A model generated the notes under the pieces. The model was given only the letters and a program-made list of their open reading frames with translations, was not told the DNA's origin and made no database searches. From an uncultured delta proteobacterium (GTDB lineage Bacteria; Desulfobacterota; RBG-13-43-22): a stretch of DNA of 64,000 nt. The DNA lies in the NCBI GenBank assembly GCA_963790475.1, contig CAWBOS010000010.1, positions 800,001 to 864,000 of the forward strand. The letters are read 5' to 3'. Made by a program: the position numbers and the translations under genes. Below are positions 48,640 to 58,502 of this stretch, piece by piece; the first letter of the stretch is position 1; each line of letters starts with the position of its first letter.

Positions 48640-48951
48640 CAAAATATCCTCGGTATTATCGAGGTTCGCGAAAACAGTCACGTCGCCCTTCTCTTTGTTG
48701 AAAATTTCTGCCAGAGAAAAGGAATCGGCAAAGAACTTATGAGAAGGTCTATTGAGATATGCAAGAGACGAAAGCCGGACATCAATAAATTAACTGTAAA
48801 TTCATCTCCCAACGCGGTTAAGGCCTATCGAAAGATGGGATTCAAAGGCATCAGGGATGAAAGGGTTGTCAATGGCATTTGTTTTATTCCCATGGAGTTT
48901 TCGCTTGTTCAAAAAGTGAACCGCCAACCTGTCGTTCCACCGGATTGCTAA
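48640..48951 (+). pseudogene. 5'-truncated GNAT acetyltransferase
   Basis: HVALLFV....QRKGIGKEL, LTVNSSPNAV.AY.KMGF; no upstream start in frame. Confidence 0.7.
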
Positions 48952-48977
48952 CGCTCCCGGTGAACTTTTCCTTAGAC
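48922..48977 (+). other. attC site with mutated core
   Basis: CGCCAAC-N5-GTTCCACCGGA...TCCCGGTGAAC-N5-CTTAGAC. L boxes include the extrahelical base; R' reads CTT instead of GTT; RBS and ATG follow directly. Confidence 0.75.
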
Positions 48978-48990
48978 CTTGGAGGAAAAA

Positions 48991-49512
48991 ATGCGTATAG
49001 TTGCCTGCACGCATGAGGGGCATGCAGAATCAATCCTCGATATTCTCAACGAGGCCATCGAAAACTCCACTGCCCTTTACGACTACAGGCCCCGCCCTCT
49101 CTCCTCCATGGAAGGCTGGTTCATGACCAAGGCGGCTGGCGAGTTTCCGGTTATCGGCGTTGAATCCGAAGAAGGCCGGTTGCTGGGGTTTGCCAGTTAC
49201 GGTACCTTTCGAGGCTGGCCGGCCTACAAGTACACCGTTGAGCATTCGGTGTATGTTCATAAAAATCACAGAGGCCAGGGTCTGGGCCTGAAGCTCATGC
49301 GGGAACTCATTGCTATTGCCAGAGCGCAGGAGCGTCACGTTATGGTTGGGGGCGTGGACGCTACGAACGAAGCCAGCATTGCCCTTCATCGTAAGCTTCG
49401 GTTTGTTCACGCCGGCACCATCAAGCAAGCCGGGTTTAAGTTCGGCCGCTGGCTGGATCTGGCCTTCTATCAGCTAACGCTGGAAACGCCGTTGGCGCCA
49501 ATAGATGGGTAG
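48991..49512 (+). CDS. GNAT N-acetyltransferase (Pat/YncA-like)
   Basis: GFASYG.FR..PAYKYTVEHSVYV, N.ASI.LH, GFKFGRWLD. Confidence 0.92.
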   Translation: MRIVACTHEGHAESILDILNEAIENSTALYDYRPRPLSSMEGWFMTKAAGEFPVIGVESEEGRLLGFASYGTFRGWPAYKYTVEHSVYVHKNHRGQGLGLKLMRELIAIARAQERHVMVGGVDATNEASIALHRKLRFVHAGTIKQAGFKFGRWLDLAFYQLTLETPLAPIDG

Positions 49513-49571
49513 CTGGCTTTGAGCCCAAGGTCGGCCCGCCCCTCCAAAAAAAACGATTTCGGAAAACGGAA

Positions 49572-50048
49572 ATGATCGGTAAGAATCCCAGGATGGAAAA
49601 ATGGAAACCGGCCGTGCCCAAAAGCGGCCTGTTGTTTATGGCCGGCATGATCTGGCTCTCCATCGGAGTCATGATGGACAGCATCGCCTATTCCTGGTTG
49701 AAGTCTGAAAATTCAAGGCCGGTTCTTTTAATCTCAGCCATCGGGTTTGTCCTGGCCCTCCTCATTCATCACTTTGGGTTTTTACGCATTGTCGATAGAA
49801 ATTTAGGGCGGATTCTTCCCCTGGAAGGCCGGCGTTGTCTTTTCTCTTTTATGCCCTGGAAGAGCTATATTCTGGTCATAGTTATGATGTTTGGAGGATT
49901 TTTGCTCCGTCATTCAGCCCTGCCGAAATCCTATTTGGCCCTTCTCTATCTGGCCATCGGAACGGCCTTGATGTTGTCCAGTGTGCGCTATTTGCGTTAT
50001 TTAATCATGGCCGTGAGAGGAAAAGATTTAAACATCTATTGTCTTTGA
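49572..50048 (+). CDS. Small multi-pass membrane hypothetical protein
   Basis: About four hydrophobic segments; C.FSF..WKSY motif. Confidence 0.7.
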   Translation: MIGKNPRMEKWKPAVPKSGLLFMAGMIWLSIGVMMDSIAYSWLKSENSRPVLLISAIGFVLALLIHHFGFLRIVDRNLGRILPLEGRRCLFSFMPWKSYILVIVMMFGGFLLRHSALPKSYLALLYLAIGTALMLSSVRYLRYLIMAVRGKDLNIYCL

Positions 50049-50119
50049 GAATTCTATGTGGTTTTGGGGCCAAATCTCAGAAGAAGTGCCTGCCTCCCAC
50101 TGAATCCCACCGTTCGACG

Positions 50120-50243
50120 ACCTAATGGGAAGTCGAGTATAGATTTCTTCAAGAAGCAGGCGAAGAAGCATAAGACCTCTTATCAAAAAATGATACGAGA
50201 AGTAGTTGACTGGTATGCTTCGCATTATGAAAAGACCGCCTAA
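50120..50243 (+). pseudogene. C-terminal remnant of a BrnA/CopG-type antitoxin
   Basis: SSIDFFKKQAKKHKTSYQKMIREVVDWYA; its stop codon lies within GCCTAAC. Confidence 0.6.
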
Positions 50244-50303
50244 CGAATATCGGCGCCGTACGTGGCAAAACAGCTCGCCACGGATGCGAGCAGCCGGTCA
50301 GGC
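50238..50303 (+). other. Degenerate attC-like site
   Basis: R'' GCCTAAC, internal CGTGGC/GCCACG stem, R' GTCAGGC (one mismatch from GTTAGGC), then GGAGG and ATG. Confidence 0.65.
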
Positions 50304-50320
50304 ATTTTATTGGAGGAAAT

Positions 50321-50881
50321 ATGGAAAATAAAAGAAATCGGGTCTGCCCTGCTGAACTTGCTTATTCACTCGATAATAAGATTAGAAGGTGGCTGCAGAA
50401 TCCCAAAAAGATACTGGCGCCCTTCATTAAAGAAGGAATGACCGCACTCGACATCGGCTGCGGCCCTGGATTTTTCTCTATTGAAATGGCCAAGATGGTT
50501 GGCACGGATGGAAAAGTAATCTCCGCTGATCTACAGGAAGGAATGTTAAAAAAGCTCAGCAAAAAGATTAAAGGAACGGAACTGGAGGAAAGGATCAAGC
50601 TGGTGAAATGTGATCAAGATAAAATCAATATATCAGAAAGAGTTGATTTTATATTAGCCTTTTATATGGTTCATGAAGTTCCGGACAAAAACTCCTTTTT
50701 TAATGAACTAAAAAATGTTCTGAAGGAAAAAGGGGAATTTTTATTGGTAGAACCGAAATTATTCCACGTGTCCCAGAAGGAATTTGAATTAACGACCCGG
50801 CTGGCCGAAACCAATGGATTTAAAATATATCCAGGTCCCAAATTACCCTTTAGCAGGTCCGCCATATTAAAAAATGCCTGA
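50321..50881 (+). CDS. Class I SAM-dependent methyltransferase
   Basis: RRWLQNP, LDIGCGPGFFS, DLQEGML, FYMVHEVPD. Confidence 0.9.
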   Translation: MENKRNRVCPAELAYSLDNKIRRWLQNPKKILAPFIKEGMTALDIGCGPGFFSIEMAKMVGTDGKVISADLQEGMLKKLSKKIKGTELEERIKLVKCDQDKINISERVDFILAFYMVHEVPDKNSFFNELKNVLKEKGEFLLVEPKLFHVSQKEFELTTRLAETNGFKIYPGPKLPFSRSAILKNA

Positions 50882-51001
50882 CCAGTTGTTCAATCTAACG
50901 TGGGAACCATTGTGGAATAATGCATTCTCGGCAGTGAAAGAGGGCAGATCTGCTCTTTGCTCTGAGGGTCGGTAAAATTAAGGAGGCTGTCGAAAAATTG
51001 C

Positions 51002-51325
51002 TCAAAGAAGCCCAGGGGCTCTCTTTTTCAACCTGGATTTCTTAAATCGCTTCAGTTCGTCGGGATCAAAAGTAATATTTTTCCCCACTTTTCCATGATG
51101 AATATTGCCGGCTTGAACCCATCGCCGCATAGTTATCTCAGCCACTTCCAGATACTGTGCAGCCTCCTTGAGGGTAAAAGGGGTTTCCCGGATATCCCCA
51201 AAAACTTCTTCATGGACATAGGAGTCCTTCTCGAAACCCCTTCTGGCAATCACTGCAAAGAGTTTTTCCCTTTCCCCAACCGGCATATCCAAAATCGTTC
51301 TATAGACTTTTTCGGCAGTGATCAT
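51002..51325 (-). CDS. Excisionase-like HTH DNA-binding protein (probable orphan antitoxin)
   Basis: FT.KEAAQYLEV..IT.RRWV..G..KVG; upstream DNA reads ...YENFYRELK, like a RelE/ParE toxin C-terminus. Confidence 0.75.
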   Translation of the reverse strand: MITAEKVYRTILDMPVGEREKLFAVIARRGFEKDSYVHEEVFGDIRETPFTLKEAAQYLEVAEITMRRWVQAGNIHHGKVGKNITFDPDELKRFKKSRLKKRAPGLL

Positions 51326-51721
51326 TTAAGCAACCTCTTTAAAATACTTTTTAGCTCCCGATAAAAATTTTCATAATTGGTCGCGCCATAACATTCCTTT
51401 AGGTCTTCATCCTTTCCACTCGGTGGGGATATGAGAACGTTTTAAGGTTATGACAAAATTATTTTCTAATGTTGAGCAGGAGACTAAGTGTTAAAATCCT
51501 CTCCAATGGTTCCCTAGTCCAGAGTAATTTTGAGACCCTTTGCAAAAGTACGAATTCTTCTTCGCCCTACGGCGTCTCATTAGAGGAAGCTCCTCAGAGG
51601 TTCCTGTTGCCACGCCATTATTTTTTATTTCAGCCATATGTGTTTCCTCCCTTCTAACGTCTAAATGGGTCACGGTCTGTTCTTGACTCTTAATCGTTTT
51701 AACTAATAAGGTCCTTGAATC

Positions 51722-52234
51722 CTACCCCTGGAAGAAATGTATTTTGTTCTCTTGTCCAGTTACTAAATTATTTTTAAAATATTTTTCAGTATGTTTGTCT
51801 TGAAGGTTTTTTACATTCAAACCCGACTCCCTTAATAGCATTTCTGCCGATATGCCCCTTTCAGACAAATCCAGAATTGGCAAGATTTGGATTGGGGCCG
51901 CATCACAACTGCAAAAGATAATATCCGTTCTGTTAAGTAAGATCGATAAAGATTCAAGTTCTCCCATATGAATTCTTGGATGCAGAATTGGAGGTATTAG
52001 TTTGATTATTTGTATTATATCGTCTGAGGTTGCCGAGATTTCTTTAATCAATCCATTTTGGATATAGGACTTTTTGAAATCGATGGGGTGTTTAGTTCCT
52101 TTTCGATAAAAATGGGTAATTTCTCCTGCCACTGATGAGGAAACGTAAACCTCGTGATTCCTGACCAGCTTATCAAGGACATCAAAAGATAAAAAATCGA
52201 TGGTGATATCAGCATCAAGCAACCAGGTTTTCAA
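51722..52234 (-). CDS. PIN-like domain protein
   Basis: LLDADI.I (N-terminal Asp), V..E, H.GE.ES, SCD acidic residues of the PIN fold. Confidence 0.7.
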   Translation of the reverse strand: MKTWLLDADITIDFLSFDVLDKLVRNHEVYVSSSVAGEITHFYRKGTKHPIDFKKSYIQNGLIKEISATSDDIIQIIKLIPPILHPRIHMGELESLSILLNRTDIIFCSCDAAPIQILPILDLSERGISAEMLLRESGLNVKNLQDKHTEKYFKNNLVTGQENKIHFFQG

Positions 52235-53351
52235 GGGAGATAGAGTTTCCTTCCGTTTGCATCATTCCACTACTTTCAATGAAATCATCTATGTCGGCTC
52301 TGTTGATTTCTACCATTTCCGCAAACTTCCCTCTGGATATTAATCCCTTCCGAAGACAACGGATAGCCAGGGTTATAAAACGGTTTGAAACTTTGATTGA
52401 CTCCTTTTCAATACAGCGCCTTTCTCGACTTAGTTCGGCCAGCTCTTCATCATGGGCAATCTTGTCCGCAGTTTCCCAATCAATGTATTTCAAGTACGCA
52501 AAGCGGTAAAGTAAGGCCTTGGTGGAAACTCCGAAGTCCATGGCTATATCAACTAGGTCGGAGTATGTGAGATTTTTTTGGGATTCCCAAAGACTCAGAG
52601 TTTCCTGCCTGATTCCTTCTTCCGGCAACAGCAACATGGAGGCAAATTTCTCAGCCCTTTTTTCAATATCCGAGAAATAACTGCTATCTTTGAGTTGATC
52701 AGGAGGAAGAATTCTCCATAGAATTATATGAAAAAGCTCATGAGCCAAATCGTAGTGACGCCTCCAGGGAGCCTCTTGAGCATTGATGATTATTACTCTG
52801 CCACATTCTTCATGAACCATGGAAACGGCGGAACCTTCCTCAAGCTGAAGATAAAGAATTTTTACTCCGTAATTTTCCTCTAAAACCTTGGGAAGGGTAA
52901 ATGCTGGACGGCTTCCCAGACCCAATAAATCCCTGGTCTTTGTGGCCAATAAATTCAAAGCATCATTATTCCTGATATCGTTTAGCGAGGTTTCTATAAA
53001 TCCTTTCTCGGCTTTAATATTCAACAATTGCTCCAATAAATGATACTGCTCGCATTTAAAAAATATCTTACTTTCAATTTCTTTTCGCTGATCCTCTGTT
53101 TCGGGTGAGTTTCTCCATAAAAAAGAGAATGTCTGTCTAGTTTTTCCCTGGATCAGGAAGTCTTGAATGTTGCAAAAATAGATCCTGGCCATGTTTACTA
53201 GTTCGGAAGCCTTTACTGCTCTGTCGGCGTTTTCAATGCTGCTTAAGGTCTGATAATTGGCATACCCAAGGCGTTTGGCTGCTTCTGTTAAAGGGAGACC
53301 CGCCGATTCGCGGGCAGATTTGAGACGGGAGGCAAGCTTTTTATCCGGCAT
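52215..53351 (-). CDS. XRE HTH fused to ImmA/IrrE zinc metallopeptidase
   Basis: N-terminal HTH (RLKSARE..GL...A..LG...LSSIE), LAHELFH, E.RA.KFA..LL.P, FGVS..A; GGAGG RBS. Confidence 0.92.
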   Translation of the reverse strand: MPDKKLASRLKSARESAGLPLTEAAKRLGYANYQTLSSIENADRAVKASELVNMARIYFCNIQDFLIQGKTRQTFSFLWRNSPETEDQRKEIESKIFFKCEQYHLLEQLLNIKAEKGFIETSLNDIRNNDALNLLATKTRDLLGLGSRPAFTLPKVLEENYGVKILYLQLEEGSAVSMVHEECGRVIIINAQEAPWRRHYDLAHELFHIILWRILPPDQLKDSSYFSDIEKRAEKFASMLLLPEEGIRQETLSLWESQKNLTYSDLVDIAMDFGVSTKALLYRFAYLKYIDWETADKIAHDEELAELSRERRCIEKESIKVSNRFITLAIRCLRKGLISRGKFAEMVEINRADIDDFIESSGMMQTEGNSISLENLVA

Positions 53352-53381
53352 ATGACCCCTCCTTTTTTTAAGAACAGGGGT

Positions 53382-53427
53382 ATATTACTAAATATTATAT
53401 TAATTGTCAATAAAATAATATTTTATT
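53382..53427 (-). promoter_or_regulatory. Sigma70-type promoter with adjacent AT-rich palindrome
   Basis: TTGACA (53410-53405)-17 bp-TAATAT; AATAAAAT-N3-ATTTTATT at 53409-53427. Confidence 0.5.
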
Positions 53428-53486
53428 ATATTTATTTAGTCTATTCCTTTGATAAATTAAATAACTAACTTAAATAACAATAATAT

Positions 53487-55031
53487 TTATAAACAAGTTA
53501 ACCCGCAGTTGTTAATGACCAATCGGCCGTCCTTAAAGAGGGCGGCCACGCGACTGCCAACCACATGGGGATCGATAAAAGGATCCCCATCCACAATGGC
53601 CAGGTCAGCGGTTTTCCCTGCCTCGATGGATCCCAATTGATCTTCCAGTCCCAGACATACCGCGCTGTTGATCGTGGCCATTTTAATGGCGTCTGCGCCG
53701 GTAAAGATGTTTTCTCCGGTTCCCTTGTTGAGAAACAAATCGAAAAGATCGACCTCCTGCTGCATCATGGCCGGGGTGCAGGGGGGGATGCCCCCGTCGT
53801 TAGAGGTGGTGATTCTGGCACCATTTTGAAACAGGAGCCGAATGTTCCTGGCGCCGTAAACGGCTGCCGGAGCATAATATTTAAACATGGTGGTCATAGG
53901 CAAAAAACCAAAGATCTTCATTTGGCCGCTGTTTGCTTTGTCATAATGCTTCTGAGCACCCGGTTTGAATTCGTCAATCCAATATTCATCCACCAGCGCG
54001 GAATGGACGCGGTTTCTGAATTCGGTCAAAAGGGTCATGTTCGGGTCATCAGCAACCGGATCCCCTTTGATTTTATAACTGACGTCATAGGACACCGAGA
54101 GGGTAGGATCACTGATACAGCCCTTGGAAACGAAGGCCTCGACATCTTTCGCAGAGAGAACCCCGTCTCTGGGAAGATGGGCCAGAGAGGAAATACCGGC
54201 CTCTACCGCCCTTCTAAAGGTGGCCACGGAAACCTGATGAATGGTCGACTTCAGACCGCGTTTCCGCGCCTGATCGGCTATGGCATTCATTTGATTTTGG
54301 GTCATGATGGTCGAAGTGGGTTTATAATTAGTCATGTTCTCTTTTTGCTCGCCGAGCTTGATGATTTGGGCACCCCGTTCATCGATGGCCCGGTCCACCG
54401 CATCCCGGACCCGCTGTTCGTCGGCCTCAACCGGAAACTCAACCCCCCCGCTGTAATCCAGATTGTGGTCAACAGAGGCGATTCCCAAGGCAGACCTCAT
54501 CCAGTGCATCACCAGTCCGACCCTCTCCAGTAAATATCCGCCCGGCGGGCCGACGACAATGGATTGTAAAAAACGGGGCCCGGGAATTTCCCTTTTGGAA
54601 ATTCGTTCTCTTAGCTGTCTGGTCCGACGGAGGTCTTCGGCATAGGCATCTCTGATGGTGGTGATGCCGTGGATGAGGCATTCGGCCATGTTTTTTTCGA
54701 TCTGGCGGTCGCTATAAGCCTTGAAGAGTTTAACATCCTTGAAATCCGGTAGGGTGGTAGGCGCGGTAATAGTGATGTGGCAATGGGTGTTGAAAAGTCC
54801 GGGCAGGATGGTTTTTCCCAGACAATCGATGGTCAGGTCGGCCTTGATTCCCGATTCCCGGTCGGTCGGTCCAGTCAGGGCCAAGATTTTCGAGCCCTTG
54901 ATGATCAGTCCGACACCCGGATCAAAATATCCCCCCTTGATCACATCGACAAACCGGCCATTTTTCAGTTCCACCCGGGCCTCATCGCCGGGCTGGTAAT
55001 CCGTTACAAATCTTGTCTCAGGATAGATCAT
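53487..55031 (-). CDS. Metal-dependent amidohydrolase
   Basis: ILPGLFNTHCH, GITTIRD, SLAH, ATINSA..LG, G.IEAGKTADLAIVDGDP. Confidence 0.88.
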   Translation of the reverse strand: MIYPETRFVTDYQPGDEARVELKNGRFVDVIKGGYFDPGVGLIIKGSKILALTGPTDRESGIKADLTIDCLGKTILPGLFNTHCHITITAPTTLPDFKDVKLFKAYSDRQIEKNMAECLIHGITTIRDAYAEDLRRTRQLRERISKREIPGPRFLQSIVVGPPGGYLLERVGLVMHWMRSALGIASVDHNLDYSGGVEFPVEADEQRVRDAVDRAIDERGAQIIKLGEQKENMTNYKPTSTIMTQNQMNAIADQARKRGLKSTIHQVSVATFRRAVEAGISSLAHLPRDGVLSAKDVEAFVSKGCISDPTLSVSYDVSYKIKGDPVADDPNMTLLTEFRNRVHSALVDEYWIDEFKPGAQKHYDKANSGQMKIFGFLPMTTMFKYYAPAAVYGARNIRLLFQNGARITTSNDGGIPPCTPAMMQQEVDLFDLFLNKGTGENIFTGADAIKMATINSAVCLGLEDQLGSIEAGKTADLAIVDGDPFIDPHVVGSRVAALFKDGRLVINNCGLTCL

Positions 55032-55102
55032 GGCTCCTTCCTCCTTTCAACGGCCTCTAGAATATATTGAAAAAAAGGTTGGTGAAAAATGAGACTCTTC
55101 TT

Positions 55103-55810
55103 CTATGCCTTCTGGCCCAGGAAGGCCTCCTTTATCTTAGACTCCTGGAGCAATTCCCTGGATGGACCCTTGAGGACGATTTTTCCGGTCTCCAGGACAT
55201 AAGCAAAATGGGAAACCTTCATGGCCTGTTTGACGTTTTGTTCCACTAAGAGGACCGTGGTGTCTTCTTTGTTGATCTGTTTGATGGTCCGGAAGATATC
55301 GGCCACTACTAAAGGGGCCAGCCCCAGCGAGGGTTCGTCCAAAAGAAGAAGCTTAGGCCTGGCCAGCAAGGCCCGGGAAATGGCCAGCATCTGCTGCTCG
55401 CCTCCGGAAAGCGACCCGCCCGGCTGATCCTTCCTTTCCCTCAACCAGGGAAAGCGTTCGAATTCCTGTTCGATATCTTCTTTGACCTGATCATCCTTTC
55501 GATGATAGGCCCCCATCTCTAAATTTTCCAGGACGGTCATTTTGGAAAGGATGGCCCGGCCTTCCGGAACCAGGGCGATCCCTTTTTTAACAATCTGATG
55601 CGGCTTTAAGGCCCCCATATCTTCCCCTAAAAAAAGGATCTTCCCGGTCTTGGGTTTCAACAGCCCGGCAATGGTTTTCAGCAAAGTGGTCTTTCCGGCC
55701 CCATTCACCCCCAGGATGGTGACGATAGCCCCGGCCGGGACCTCCAAATCCACGCCCTTGAGGGCCTTGATATTTCCGTAATAGGTTTCGACACCCGTAA
55801 CCGTTAACAA
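55103..55810 (-). CDS. livF: Branched-chain amino acid ABC ATPase
   Basis: GVNGAGKTT, VPEGR, LSGGEQQM, LDEPSLGLAP, LVEQN. Confidence 0.93.
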   Translation of the reverse strand: MLTVTGVETYYGNIKALKGVDLEVPAGAIVTILGVNGAGKTTLLKTIAGLLKPKTGKILFLGEDMGALKPHQIVKKGIALVPEGRAILSKMTVLENLEMGAYHRKDDQVKEDIEQEFERFPWLRERKDQPGGSLSGGEQQMLAISRALLARPKLLLLDEPSLGLAPLVVADIFRTIKQINKEDTTVLLVEQNVKQAMKVSHFAYVLETGKIVLKGPSRELLQESKIKEAFLGQKA

Positions 55811-55813
55811 AGA

Positions 55814-56578
55814 CTATTCCTCTTCTTCCCGGCCCAGGTAGGCCTCGATGACTTCCGGATTGCTTTGAATCTCCTGGGGGGTGCCTTCGGCAATCTTTTG
55901 ACCGAAATTTAAAACCACCAGCCGGTCGCAGACCTTCATGACCATGGACATGTCATGTTCGATCAACAGGACGGTAATCCCCAAACCGAGAATCTTTTTG
56001 ATCAGCGCGGCCATCTCTTCGGTCTCGCTGTCGTTCATGCCGGCTACCGGTTCATCCAGTAGAATCAATCGGGGCTGGCCGGCCAGGGCCCGGGCGATCT
56101 CTACTCTTCGTTGCAGACCGTAAGGCAGGCTCATAGCCGGAAAGGTATTATAGCCGGTCAAACCGACCAGTTCCAAGAGGTCGTTGGTTTTTTCCCTGAT
56201 GAGGTTTTCTTCCTTCTTTTGTCCCGGAGTGCGAATGACACTCCTGAAAACACCGGCCCGGCTTCGACAATGACGGCCCACCATCACGTTTTCCTCCACC
56301 GTCATCTGATCGAAAAGCCGGATATTCTGAAAGGTCCGGTTGATTCCCCTCTGGGTAATTTTATGGGTTTTAAGTCCGCCGATCTTTTCCCCGGCAAAGA
56401 AGATTTCTCCGGAAGTGGGGTAGAGAAAGGAGGTGACGACATTGAACAAGGTGGTTTTGCCCGCCCCATTGGGGCCGATCAATCCCAGTATCTCCCCCTC
56501 CTCTAAGGAGAAGGAAATCTGGTTTAAGGCCGCCAGGCCCCCGAAAACCTTACTGACATCTTTCAGCTCAAGCAGCAT
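55814..56578 (-). CDS. livG: Branched-chain amino acid ABC ATPase
   Basis: FGGL.A, GPNGAGKTT, RTFQN, LPYG, LIEHDM, V.EAYLG. Confidence 0.93.
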   Translation of the reverse strand: MLLELKDVSKVFGGLAALNQISFSLEEGEILGLIGPNGAGKTTLFNVVTSFLYPTSGEIFFAGEKIGGLKTHKITQRGINRTFQNIRLFDQMTVEENVMVGRHCRSRAGVFRSVIRTPGQKKEENLIREKTNDLLELVGLTGYNTFPAMSLPYGLQRRVEIARALAGQPRLILLDEPVAGMNDSETEEMAALIKKILGLGITVLLIEHDMSMVMKVCDRLVVLNFGQKIAEGTPQEIQSNPEVIEAYLGREEEE

Positions 56579-57509
56579 CGGGTCTCCTGCTTTTTCCCCG
56601 GAAGATTCGGTTGATCAAATTGGCATCGATCAATCCCTGGGGGCGGAAGATCATCATCAGGACCAGAAATCCCCCGTAAAACATATAACGGTATTCACTC
56701 AAAGATCGCAACAGCTCGGGGGTAACGGTTAGAAAGGTGGCCCCGAAAATCGGACCCCAGAGGACTTCGCTGCCTCCAAAGACGGCAAAGACCAGGATCT
56801 CCACCGCCCGGTGATAGGTAAAATCAGCCGGACTGATATAGCCGGTGACATGGGCGAAGAGGGCCCCGGAAAACCCGGCCAAAAAGGCGCCTTGGCTGAA
56901 AGTCAGGATTTTATAATAGGTGGTGTTGATGCCCATGGCCTCAGCCGCTTTTTCGTCCATACGAATGGAATGGAAGGCCCTGCCTATCCGGGATCGGTCT
57001 AGTCTGGCAAAAAAAATAATGACCAGGATAGTGATCAGGAGCAAAGTCGAAAAAACAGTCAGGCTGATGAATTCATTGTTCTTGAGGCCTATCGATTCCG
57101 GTGAAAAGCCGGCTTTTTGAAACCTGGCCAGAATCGTTCGGCCCAGGTGCGGGATCCCGGCGATGCCGACTGCCCCGTTGGTCAAAGATTCCCAATTGAT
57201 GAAGATCACCCGAACGACCTCCCCGAATCCAAGGGTGGCAATGGCCAGATAGACCCCATGCAAGCGCAGGGTGGGTATGCCGATCAGGATGCCGGTCAAG
57301 GCCGCCAGAAAAGAGCCGGCCAGAATGCCGATAGGAATAGGCAGTCCCAGCTTGGAAGTCAAAAGGGCGCTGGTGAAGGCCCCGATACTCATAAACCCGG
57401 CACTGCCCAATGAGAGCTGTCCCGTGGCCAGGGTGATATACATGCTTACCCCGAGCAAAATATTTATGAGGATAAAAGAGGCGACCTGCAAATGATAGGG
57501 ATTAATCAA
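56568..57509 (-). CDS. livM: Branched-chain amino acid ABC permease
   Basis: GQLSLG, LRL.G.YLAIATLGFGE, RPQGL. Confidence 0.92.
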   Translation of the reverse strand: MINPYHLQVASFILINILLGVSMYITLATGQLSLGSAGFMSIGAFTSALLTSKLGLPIPIGILAGSFLAALTGILIGIPTLRLHGVYLAIATLGFGEVVRVIFINWESLTNGAVGIAGIPHLGRTILARFQKAGFSPESIGLKNNEFISLTVFSTLLLITILVIIFFARLDRSRIGRAFHSIRMDEKAAEAMGINTTYYKILTFSQGAFLAGFSGALFAHVTGYISPADFTYHRAVEILVFAVFGGSEVLWGPIFGATFLTVTPELLRSLSEYRYMFYGGFLVLMMIFRPQGLIDANLINRIFRGKSRRPDAA

Positions 57510-57549
57510 TGTTTTTATCCTGGGAAAAAGTCGGAAAACGACTCCCTTA

Positions 57550-58434
57550 TTACCCTTTAGCCTCAGGCAGGGCCTGTCCGAAAAGGCCCTGAGGCCTGAC
57601 TAATAAAATGAGAATGATGGCGATGAAGGCTATGGCATCCCTGTACCCGGAATACCCGTAGGCGACGACAAAGGTTTCTGAAAGGCCGAGGATCAGGCCC
57701 CCGGCCATGGCCCCATTGACACTGCCCATCCCGCCCAAAATGATAATGGCCAACCCTTTTAGACCCATGGGAAGCCCCATTTGGTTGTTGATGTAATTAA
57801 AGGCCATGCCGACCAGGACCCCGGCAATGCCGCCCATGGAAGAAGCCACGACTACGGTCGAGGTGATGATCTTTTTGGTGTCGATACCCAGTAAACTGGC
57901 GGTTTCCAGGTTCTCCGCCGTAGCCCTCAGGGCCTTTCCGGTTTTGGCTTTTTTAAGCCAGGTGGAAAGGCCGACCATCAGCAGCAAGGATATGACCAGA
58001 ATAATGATCTGGACCAGGTAAATCGTTATCGAGCCGCTCTCGAATTTGATGTCGGCAAAGGAGGTGGGGAAGGCTTTGTTCCCGGCCCCAAAAAAGTGGT
58101 GGGCCAGATTTTCCAGAAAAATAGAAATACCGATGGTGCTGATCAGGGAGGCCAAATGGGAGGCCCCTTTTCGGCCCCGGATGGGCCTCAGGGCCAAGCG
58201 TTCCAGAAGATAGCCCATAGCCGCCGTGACCAGGATAGCCCCCAGGAAGGCCACGCCGATCGGGGCCCCAAACCGGGTAACGATCAGCATGCCGATAAAG
58301 GCCCCGAACATGAAGATCTCCCCATGAGCCATATTGATAATATCCAGGACGCCGAAGACCAGAGTATACCCTAAGGCCACGATGGCATAGATACTGCCCA
58401 GGGTGATGCCATTGATGAGTTGTTCGAAGAACAA
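57550..58434 (-). CDS. livH: Branched-chain amino acid ABC permease
   Basis: NG..LGSIYA..ALGYTLVFG...INMAHG, GGMGS, RPQGLFG. Confidence 0.93.
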   Translation of the reverse strand: MFFEQLINGITLGSIYAIVALGYTLVFGVLDIINMAHGEIFMFGAFIGMLIVTRFGAPIGVAFLGAILVTAAMGYLLERLALRPIRGRKGASHLASLISTIGISIFLENLAHHFFGAGNKAFPTSFADIKFESGSITIYLVQIIILVISLLLMVGLSTWLKKAKTGKALRATAENLETASLLGIDTKKIITSTVVVASSMGGIAGVLVGMAFNYINNQMGLPMGLKGLAIIILGGMGSVNGAMAGGLILGLSETFVVAYGYSGYRDAIAFIAIILILLVRPQGLFGQALPEAKG

Positions 58435-58502
58435 GAGAGACTACCTCACTGAAATGGAGCGGTGACGAGGGTCCGCAATAAAAGACCAACTTGTCTGTAA
58501 TA

